A program made the position numbers and the translations under genes. 56,933 nucleotides of DNA from a candidate division WOR-3 bacterium (lineage in GTDB: Bacteria > Hydrothermota > Hydrothermia > LBFQ01): NCBI GenBank assembly GCA_027050205.1, contig JALUCS010000015.1, positions 1 to 56,933 on the forward strand, read 5' to 3'. Position 1 is the stretch's first letter. The number at the start of each line of letters is the position of its first letter. This document shows positions 50,087 through 56,933 of this stretch, piece by piece. The notes beneath the pieces were generated by a model. That model ran no database searches. It saw nothing but the letters and a program-made list of their open reading frames with translations, and was not told the origin of the DNA.

Positions 50087-50548
50087 ATGAGGTTTGTAGA
50101 AGTGAACCTCCACGTGGCGAAGATGCTCATAGACGGGTGGCTCGCGGAGTTGGAGACTATGAACAGGTTCAAGGACGGGCGACCTTTCAAGTACAGTAAG
50201 GGGTTGATCGCCTTTGCGGCCGCCCTTAAGAACATCCTGCACGTTAGCTACCGCTCCCTTTGTAATATTTTAAGCGGCCTCCTCCCCAAGGAGAACGTGC
50301 CGCACTTCATAACCCTCCAACAGCGGATAGCCAAGATGGACACCCCTCCCCCGCCCGTCAAGAAGTCCCTGAACGTGTATTCCTACAAAAGGACCCACAT
50401 CGTGTACGACAAGAAGGGGTTGAGGGTCCTCCGCCGCTTCCGTCCGAATCCCGAAGACTTCGTATCCCTTAAAATCACCATAAAACCGAACGTAAAGCGG
50501 CCCATAGTTCAGAACGTTGAGGTTATGGACGAGGAGAAGAAAGGATGA
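50087..50548 (+). CDS. IS5-family (IS903-like) transposase-derived protein, N-terminal half only
   Basis: W..EL..MN..K.GRPFKYS...SYR....PHF.TL..R...IVYDKKGLRV matches the IS5 N-terminus and first-Asp region. The remaining DDE residues are absent. Confidence 0.6.
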   Translation: MRFVEVNLHVAKMLIDGWLAELETMNRFKDGRPFKYSKGLIAFAAALKNILHVSYRSLCNILSGLLPKENVPHFITLQQRIAKMDTPPPPVKKSLNVYSYKRTHIVYDKKGLRVLRRFRPNPEDFVSLKITIKPNVKRPIVQNVEVMDEEKKG

Positions 50549-51966
50549 TAGTCTTCCCGCTGATGGCCGACTCCGTCATCCTCTATACGAGGGAGGCGGA
50601 GGTCTACAGGAGCGTATCCCTACCTAGGGGGGATAAGTTTGAGATATACGGTCTCCCTTACAACCCGTCCGGTTTGAGGATATGGACGTCCTCCGGATAC
50701 GTGGCCTCCTACTCCCTTAGGGACACCGTCCTACCCTTTGACAGGGAGAGGTACGACAGCCTGAAGCTCCTTTTGAGGATCTTGAACCGCCAGATTTCCT
50801 ATACGAGCGCCCGGTACGCCCGTATGAAGTACGAGAGGGAGCTCCTCCTCTCTTACACCTCCAAGGAGGTTAGGGAACCCGCAAAGAACCTCCTTTCCCT
50901 AAGTCGGACGGTTGAGAGGGCCACCTACGCTATGGACAGCCTCAAGGCCGTATCCGACAGCCTAACGGAGGTGAAGAAGCGACTTGAGAGGGAGATCAAG
51001 GACCTTCAGGCCCCACAGAAGATACTGACGGTTAAGTTGAGGGACTTCAGAGGGGGGAAACTCTCCGTAGTGTATAGGGTACAGGCCTCGTGGTCGCCCA
51101 TCTACGTATTCAAAGCCTATCCAGACAGCGGAAAGTTGAAGATGGAGGCGGTTGCGGAGGCGGAGAACCACTCCACTTTGCCCATAGCCACTAAGAGGGC
51201 GGTAGTCTCCACGTCCCTACCTCCAGAGTACTCCCCGCCTAAGCACTACAGGTGGATACTACGGGACGTAAACAGGCCGTTGAGGAAGAGCCTTGAGGAG
51301 GAGGAAGTCGTTGCAGCCGTCTCAGAGTACGCGGCGCCCGTTATCCCCCAGTTCAACTACGTAGCCACCCGGTACGAGTATCGGGGTAAGGTGGTGATAC
51401 CCCAGAGGGGAAAGGCCAAGGCCCAGATACCCCTGTTCAGGCGCACCTACGAAGCCGAGTACCTGACCACCGCCTATCCGGAGATTAACCCAAAGGCATA
51501 CATATCGGCCGTATTCACACCCGATGAGGACCTCACATCCGGGATGGCTACGGTGTATCTGGACAACGAGATGACGGCCCACTACCACTACCTCGGCGAG
51601 AGGCGGGGGGTACCCGACACCCTCTTCGTGGGCTACGACCCCTTCATAACCGGGGAGGTGAAGCTGCTGTCCCAGAAGAGGCGGGATCGGAGGAAGGGGA
51701 AGAAGCTCTTCGTCGTTGAGACGAGGGTGGAGGAGATAGTCGTCAAAAACGGCCGTAAGAGGCCCGTAGACCTGACTATCCACGTCCGGAAGCCCTTCGC
51801 CGGCGGCACGGTAAACATACACTACGTGCGGTTCAAACCCAAGCCAAAGAGGGACTTAGGGGACGGCCTGATGATGTGGCAGGTGAAGCTGAAACCGGGT
51901 GAGACCTTCAAAATAAGGAGGGAGATGCGGGTAGAGTACCTGAAAGGCGGTATCCTGAACTGGTAG
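50545..51966 (+). CDS. DUF4139/DUF4140 domain protein
   Basis: SVILY...AEVYR, coiled coil, Y.V.ASW.P.Y, G.DP.I, W...LKPGE. Confidence 0.8.
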   Translation: MIVFPLMADSVILYTREAEVYRSVSLPRGDKFEIYGLPYNPSGLRIWTSSGYVASYSLRDTVLPFDRERYDSLKLLLRILNRQISYTSARYARMKYERELLLSYTSKEVREPAKNLLSLSRTVERATYAMDSLKAVSDSLTEVKKRLEREIKDLQAPQKILTVKLRDFRGGKLSVVYRVQASWSPIYVFKAYPDSGKLKMEAVAEAENHSTLPIATKRAVVSTSLPPEYSPPKHYRWILRDVNRPLRKSLEEEEVVAAVSEYAAPVIPQFNYVATRYEYRGKVVIPQRGKAKAQIPLFRRTYEAEYLTTAYPEINPKAYISAVFTPDEDLTSGMATVYLDNEMTAHYHYLGERRGVPDTLFVGYDPFITGEVKLLSQKRRDRRKGKKLFVVETRVEEIVVKNGRKRPVDLTIHVRKPFAGGTVNIHYVRFKPKPKRDLGDGLMMWQVKLKPGETFKIRREMRVEYLKGGILNW

Positions 51967-51988
51967 TCGCCGGGTTAGAATCCCTTCT

Positions 51989-53302
51989 ATGAGGAAGTTT
52001 GCCGTCAGGTTCTCTTACCTCTTGCCGATAGAGGGCGAGGCCATCGCGGACGGGGTGATTGCAGTTGAAGAGGGCGAGATAAGGGCGGTGGGCAGGTGGG
52101 GCGAGGTTGATGTGAGCGGCTATGAGGTGATAGACACTCGCCCCTCCATAGGCCTCCCCACCCTCGTTAATACTCACACCCACACGGCCATGGTGGCCTA
52201 CAGGGGCCTTGCCGACGACCTCCCCCTCTTCAAGTGGCTTCAGGAGTACATCTGGCCGGCCGAGGGTAAGACCGTCAGCCCGGAGATGGTGAGGCTCGCC
52301 TACAGACTGGCCATAGCCGAGATGGTGAGCGGTGGCACAGGGGCCATAAACGATATGTACTTCTTTCAGGAGGTGGCCGCCGAGGTAATGGAGGAGATAG
52401 GCTTCAGGGGGGTCCTCGCCGAGGGCCTGATAGACTTCCCCACGCCCTCCTTCAAGGTGCCGGAGGAGGGGTTGAGGAGGGTAAGGGAGCAGATGGCTCT
52501 CAACGGTAAGTTTAAGTACGTGCGTTTCGGTGTGGCCCTCCACGCCCCCTACTCCTGCTCCCCGGACCTCCTCCGGGAGGGGTACGCTCTGGCGAAGGAA
52601 AACGGAGTCCCCCTGCACATGCACGTGGCCGAGACGGAGGACGAGGTGAGGCAGATAACGGAGAGGTACGGGAAGAGGCCGGTTGAGTACCTGAACTCCC
52701 TCGGTCTGTTTGACGGCGTCCATTTCGTAGCCGCCCACTCGGTCCACGTCTCCGATAAGGAAAGGGCCATATACCGGGAGAAGGGGGTGAAGGTGGCCCA
52801 CGACCCGGAGAGCAACATGAAGCTGGCCTCCGGCGTCGCTCCTGTCCCCGACTACCTCAACGATGGCATAACCGTGGGCCTCGCAACGGACGGGGCCGCC
52901 TCCAACAACGACCTTGATATGTTCTCCGAGATGAGGAGCGCCGCCCTCCTCCACAAGGTAATCAGGATGGATCCGACGGTGATGGACGCCAGGACGGTGG
53001 TGGAGATGGCCACCCTCGGAGGAGCGAAGGTGCTGGGGATGGACTCCCTCATCGGCTCCCTCGTGCCGGGGAAGAGGGCGGACTTCATGGCCGTATCCCT
53101 TGACAGGCCCCACCTCCAGCCCATCTACGACCCTTACTCCCACCTCGTGTATGCCGCCAAGTCCGGCGACGTTGAGTGGGTCTTCATAGACGGGAGGCCC
53201 CTGAAGGAGAGGGGAAGGCTAACCTTCGTAGAGGAGGAGGAGATAGCAGAGATAGGGGAGAGGCTGAAGGGGATGGTCCTGAAGGCCCTGTCCGGAGGTT
53301 AG
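51989..53302 (+). CDS. mtaD: 5'-methylthioadenosine/S-adenosylhomocysteine deaminase (amidohydrolase)
   Basis: NTHTH, RGLADDLPL..WL...IWPAE, HAPYSC, HVAET, SNMKLASG, TDGAASNN.LDMF. Confidence 0.88.
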   Translation: MRKFAVRFSYLLPIEGEAIADGVIAVEEGEIRAVGRWGEVDVSGYEVIDTRPSIGLPTLVNTHTHTAMVAYRGLADDLPLFKWLQEYIWPAEGKTVSPEMVRLAYRLAIAEMVSGGTGAINDMYFFQEVAAEVMEEIGFRGVLAEGLIDFPTPSFKVPEEGLRRVREQMALNGKFKYVRFGVALHAPYSCSPDLLREGYALAKENGVPLHMHVAETEDEVRQITERYGKRPVEYLNSLGLFDGVHFVAAHSVHVSDKERAIYREKGVKVAHDPESNMKLASGVAPVPDYLNDGITVGLATDGAASNNDLDMFSEMRSAALLHKVIRMDPTVMDARTVVEMATLGGAKVLGMDSLIGSLVPGKRADFMAVSLDRPHLQPIYDPYSHLVYAAKSGDVEWVFIDGRPLKERGRLTFVEEEEIAEIGERLKGMVLKALSGG

Positions 53303-53334
53303 TACCCGACGGCCTTCTCCCTTAGAATGAATTG

Positions 53335-54576
53335 ATGTTCCGGAGGCTTAAAGAAGAGGTCTCGTTCAAAGGCAAAGGTCTGCACACGGGGGAGGAGGGC
53401 GAGGTTGTGATCCGCCCGTCCGATAGGGGCTACACCTTCGTAAAGGAAGGTGTGAGGATAGAGGCCACCTACGGGAACGTTTGCGACACCAAGAGGCGCA
53501 CCACCCTATGCTCCGGAGATGTAAGGGTTGAAACGGTTGAGCATCTCCTCTCCGCCCTGTACGGTCTCCGCATACTGGGGGCGGAAGTTGAGGTCCGGGG
53601 ACCGGAGATCCCCGCTATGGACGGCTCCGCCCTACCGTTCGCCCAGGCCCTTTACGAGGCTTCGGAGGAGGCGGAGGGGAAGGCCTACCGCCTGAAGATG
53701 CCCATAACCTACGAGGAGGAGGGAAGCCGCATAGAGGGCAGGCCTTCGGAGGGGTTGAGGGTCTCCTACGCCTTAGAGTACTCCTCCCCTCAACGCTACA
53801 GCGCCTTCCTTGATCTAGAGATAACGCCGGAGACCTACCTGAAGGAGATAGCCCCCGCCCGTACCTTCGCCTTTGAGGAGGAGGTGGAGGAACTGATGGC
53901 CGAGGGACTCGCCAAGGGAGGCTCACCGGAGAACGCCCTGATAATAACGAAAGATGGAGCCAAGGGGGAGAGGATAGGGGACGAGGCCGTCAGGCACAAA
54001 GTCCTGGACTTCCTCGGGGACCTCGCCCTCACCGGTAGGTTTATAGACGGCCACTACGTCGTCTTCAGAGGGGGGCATACTTCCCACGTCGCCTTCGTCA
54101 GAAAGTTGGCAGAGGAGGGGATATGGGGCGATGGGATGGACATCAAGGGTATCCTCTCCCTCCTACCCCACAGGTACCCCTTCCTCCTCGTGGATAGGAT
54201 AGTCCATATGGACGACAGAAGAATAGTGGGCCTGAAGAACGTGACCTTCAACGAGGCCTTCTTCAACGGCCACTTTCCCGATGAACCGGTGATGCCGGGG
54301 GTACTCCAGATAGAGGCCCTCGCCCAGGTGGCCGGTGTGGGGATGGTGTATAAGCTGAAGGAGATGGGGAAGGAGGGGGCCATACCCCTCTTCGCCGGCG
54401 TGGAGAACGCCCGCTTCCGGAGGGTGGTTCGCCCCGGAGATACCCTCGTACTGGAGGTCACCCTCATACGCTTCGGTGGGAGACTGGCCAAGGCCAAAGG
54501 CAGGGCGATGGTGGACGGCAAGGTAGCGACCGAAGTCGTAATGCTGGCCACCTTCACCGAACGGGGGGCCATATGA
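53335..54576 (+). CDS. lpxC-fabZ: Bifunctional LpxC / FabZ
   Basis: LpxC: GLHTG, TVEHLLSAL, HKVLDFLGDL. FabZ: LPHRYPFLLVDR, GHFP..PVMPGVL.IEA.AQ. Confidence 0.93.
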   Translation: MFRRLKEEVSFKGKGLHTGEEGEVVIRPSDRGYTFVKEGVRIEATYGNVCDTKRRTTLCSGDVRVETVEHLLSALYGLRILGAEVEVRGPEIPAMDGSALPFAQALYEASEEAEGKAYRLKMPITYEEEGSRIEGRPSEGLRVSYALEYSSPQRYSAFLDLEITPETYLKEIAPARTFAFEEEVEELMAEGLAKGGSPENALIITKDGAKGERIGDEAVRHKVLDFLGDLALTGRFIDGHYVVFRGGHTSHVAFVRKLAEEGIWGDGMDIKGILSLLPHRYPFLLVDRIVHMDDRRIVGLKNVTFNEAFFNGHFPDEPVMPGVLQIEALAQVAGVGMVYKLKEMGKEGAIPLFAGVENARFRRVVRPGDTLVLEVTLIRFGGRLAKAKGRAMVDGKVATEVVMLATFTERGAI

Positions 54577-54617
54577 GGTGGCACGTAGGTGGCCGTCCGG
54601 GGTAAAATACCATACTT

Positions 54618-54920
54618 ATGGTACCGATACACACGCACTTCAAGAACTTCCCTCCGACGGAGGCTCTGAACGCGTACATAACCAAGAGGTTCAAGTCCCT
54701 TGAGAAGTTCAAGGACCTCGTGATGCACATAGACCTCCATATGAGCGAGGAGAGGGGGCAGTACGTGGGGACGGCCGTCGCCAAGCTCAAGGGTAAGACC
54801 GTCCGGGTGGAGGCCCGCAACAAGGACCCTATGTCCGTCATAGACGAGCTGAAGGACGTACTCCTGCGTGAGATCAAGCGAGAGAAGGAGAAGATAAAGT
54901 TAGAGAGACGTAGAAGTTGA
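54618..54920 (+). CDS. hpf: Ribosome hibernation promoting factor (short HPF/RaiA)
   Basis: KNF..TEAL..YI.KRF..LEKF...ID.L...L.R.IKR.KEK. Confidence 0.8.
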   Translation: MVPIHTHFKNFPPTEALNAYITKRFKSLEKFKDLVMHIDLHMSEERGQYVGTAVAKLKGKTVRVEARNKDPMSVIDELKDVLLREIKREKEKIKLERRRS

Positions 54921-56008
54921 TCCTCGGCAAGATAGACAGGTACGTCCTCCGGGAGTACCTCAAGGTCTTCTTGGTACTCGTCTTCGGCGTCATCGCCATC
55001 TTCGTTGTGGTGAACTTCTTTGAGATGACCGACAAGATAGCCGACCACAAACCCTCCCCCTTGGCCATAGCCCGCTACTACCTCTGGATGACCCCCTACC
55101 TCTTGAGCATCCTGATGCCCATAGCCGAACTTCTCGCCTGCTTCTTCTCGGTGGGGGAGATGAACAGGAGGCTTGAGATCCTCGCCCTAAAGGCCTCCGG
55201 CATAGACATCTGGAGGGTCTTCCTCCCCATCCTCCTCCTCGGCGTCATAAACACCGGGATAGGGATATACCTCAACTGGGAACTGGTACCCAAGGGTAGG
55301 CTGAAGGCCGCCGAGATAAAGGCGAGGGAGATAGAGAAGAGGAAGGACCTTCCGAGCCGGACCTTCGCCCGCAACCTGTCCTTCTTTGGCGAGGGGGACA
55401 GGTTATACTTCTTCTCCTACATCAACTCCCGCGAGAGGAGGGCGCAGGGTATATCCATCTTCGTCTTTGACAGCAGCAGGCGGATAAGGGAGCGGTTTGA
55501 CGCCGTCTCCGCCCGATACACCGACGGACACTGGACCCTTGAGGGGGTGATCCATAGGGTGTTCAAAGGAGATGAAGAGGTTATGAGGAAGTACGCCAAG
55601 TACGTAGATACCCTGATGAAGGAGACACCGGCCCAGTTCCTTAAGCCCCTCGGAGACTCCCTTATGACGACGCCGGAGCTGCTGAAGAGGATTGATTTCC
55701 TCAAGAGGGCCGGCCTGGTGAATTACGAGGAGAGGACGGAGCTGGCCATCCGCTTCCTCTTTCCCATAATGAACTTCATCATTCTCCTGATAGGTTTGCC
55801 CCTGGCGGTCTTCTCAAGTACCCGCGGTGGGAATAGGGCGGTCTCCTTCGGCTCCGCCCTTTTCCTCGCCTTCTTCTACTGGGGAGCGCTCCAGTCGGCG
55901 AGGGCCTTCGGTGAGACGGGTAAGCTGGACCCTTGGATAGCCGCCTCTATCCCCAACCTCCTGTTTCTCCTCCTCGCCATCCCCCTGATGTTGAGGATGC
56001 ACAGATAA
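54917..56008 (+). CDS. lptG: LPS export ABC permease (LptF/LptG family)
   Basis: IDRYVLREYL, EILALKASGI, periplasmic beta-jellyroll, three C-terminal TMs ending IPNLLF. Confidence 0.88.
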   Translation: MILGKIDRYVLREYLKVFLVLVFGVIAIFVVVNFFEMTDKIADHKPSPLAIARYYLWMTPYLLSILMPIAELLACFFSVGEMNRRLEILALKASGIDIWRVFLPILLLGVINTGIGIYLNWELVPKGRLKAAEIKAREIEKRKDLPSRTFARNLSFFGEGDRLYFFSYINSRERRAQGISIFVFDSSRRIRERFDAVSARYTDGHWTLEGVIHRVFKGDEEVMRKYAKYVDTLMKETPAQFLKPLGDSLMTTPELLKRIDFLKRAGLVNYEERTELAIRFLFPIMNFIILLIGLPLAVFSSTRGGNRAVSFGSALFLAFFYWGALQSARAFGETGKLDPWIAASIPNLLFLLLAIPLMLRMHR

Positions 56009-56896
56009 CTAAAGGCTTATGACCTTCAGCCTGCGGACGGCCATCCTATAGACCTCCTCCCTCCCCCTGCCGAGGTACTTCCGGGGGTCTATGCCGGAGT
56101 ACTCGCGGAGGGCCTCAAGCACCCCCACCTTGAAGGCCATGCGCAGGTCCGTGTCCGTATTCACCTTCCTTATCCCCGCCCGTATGGCCTCCTTCAGGAT
56201 ATCGTCCGGCACCCCCCTGGCATCCTCCATCCCCAGTTTCTCGGCGTAGTCCCTATAGACGCCAGAGGCACCGTGGAGGACGAGGGGGATCCCCGTCATT
56301 TCCCTTATCCTCCTTATACGGGGGACGTCTATCCTCGGCTCCCCCCTGAACTTGTAGGCCCCGTGGGAGGTACCCACGGCCACGGCCAGCATATCCACCC
56401 CCGTCTCCTCAACGAAGGCCTTGGCCTCTTCGGGGTCGGTGTATATACTTTTCTCGGCCGAGACCTCGTCCTCCACGCCGGCGAGTACCCCCAACTCCGC
56501 CTCTACGGTTATGCCGAGGGGCTTCGCCACCTCAACCACCTTTTTGGTTATGGCGACGTTCTCCCCGTAGGGTTTATCGGAGGCGTCTATCATCACGGAG
56601 GTGTAGCCGTAGCGGATGGCCTTGAGGACGGTCTCAAAGCTCCTCCCGTGGTCCAGATGGAGGGCCGCCGTTATCCCGTACCTTTCAACGAGGGCCTCCG
56701 CCATAGGCCTTATTACCTCAATACCCATGTACCTTATCCCCCCCTCGGACGTGGCCAGTATGACGGGGACCTTCAGGTCAGCCGCCGCCCTGCAGATAGC
56801 GTCCAGGAACTCGTAGTTGTTGAAGTTGAAGGCGGCTACGGCCACCCCCTCACCTTCCGCCCATTCTATGACCTCCTTAGCCGGTACCAGCGGCAT
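56009..56896 (-). CDS. fba: Class II fructose-bisphosphate aldolase
   Basis: AFNFNN, LHLDHG, SVMIDAS, GTSHGAYKF, PLVLHGAS, KVNTDTD. Confidence 0.95.
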   Translation of the reverse strand: MPLVPAKEVIEWAEGEGVAVAAFNFNNYEFLDAICRAAADLKVPVILATSEGGIRYMGIEVIRPMAEALVERYGITAALHLDHGRSFETVLKAIRYGYTSVMIDASDKPYGENVAITKKVVEVAKPLGITVEAELGVLAGVEDEVSAEKSIYTDPEEAKAFVEETGVDMLAVAVGTSHGAYKFRGEPRIDVPRIRRIREMTGIPLVLHGASGVYRDYAEKLGMEDARGVPDDILKEAIRAGIRKVNTDTDLRMAFKVGVLEALREYSGIDPRKYLGRGREEVYRMAVRRLKVISL

Positions 56897-56933
56897 ACCT
56901 GTAGTCTAAGGCCGGCCGAGGAAGGCCGTAGCC

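Overview
Gene-dense, GC-rich chromosomal segment of a diderm, probably thermophilic bacterium. LpxC-FabZ fusion, KdsB, LptG, a T9SS-like C-terminal tail and AGG/ATA-rich codon use suggest an FCB-allied lineage such as WOR-3; this is inference. It holds about 57 CDS, mostly housekeeping genes detached from their usual operon partners: dacB, rlmI, korB, plsY, pntAB, trmB, kdsB, accA, lysS, fmt, yebC-ruvC-ruvA, uppP, mtaD, lpxC-fabZ, hpf, lptG, fba. No rRNA, tRNA, CRISPR array or intact IS was recognised. Highlights: (1) a four-gene DUF4388/HTH - MglA-type GTPase - Roadblock - protoglobin operon, and a second PATAN/Roadblock-like plus tandem-V4R pair; (2) a TANAAT -10-like box 6-10 nt upstream of about 29 start codons that lack a Shine-Dalgarno, implying near-universal leaderless, per-gene expression; (3) apparent ultra-short, uncharged signal peptides on outer-membrane/periplasmic proteins; (4) a dispersed degenerate repeat family in the AT-rich spacers; (5) a truncated, possibly domesticated IS5-type transposase ORF; (6) strong TCGA avoidance.
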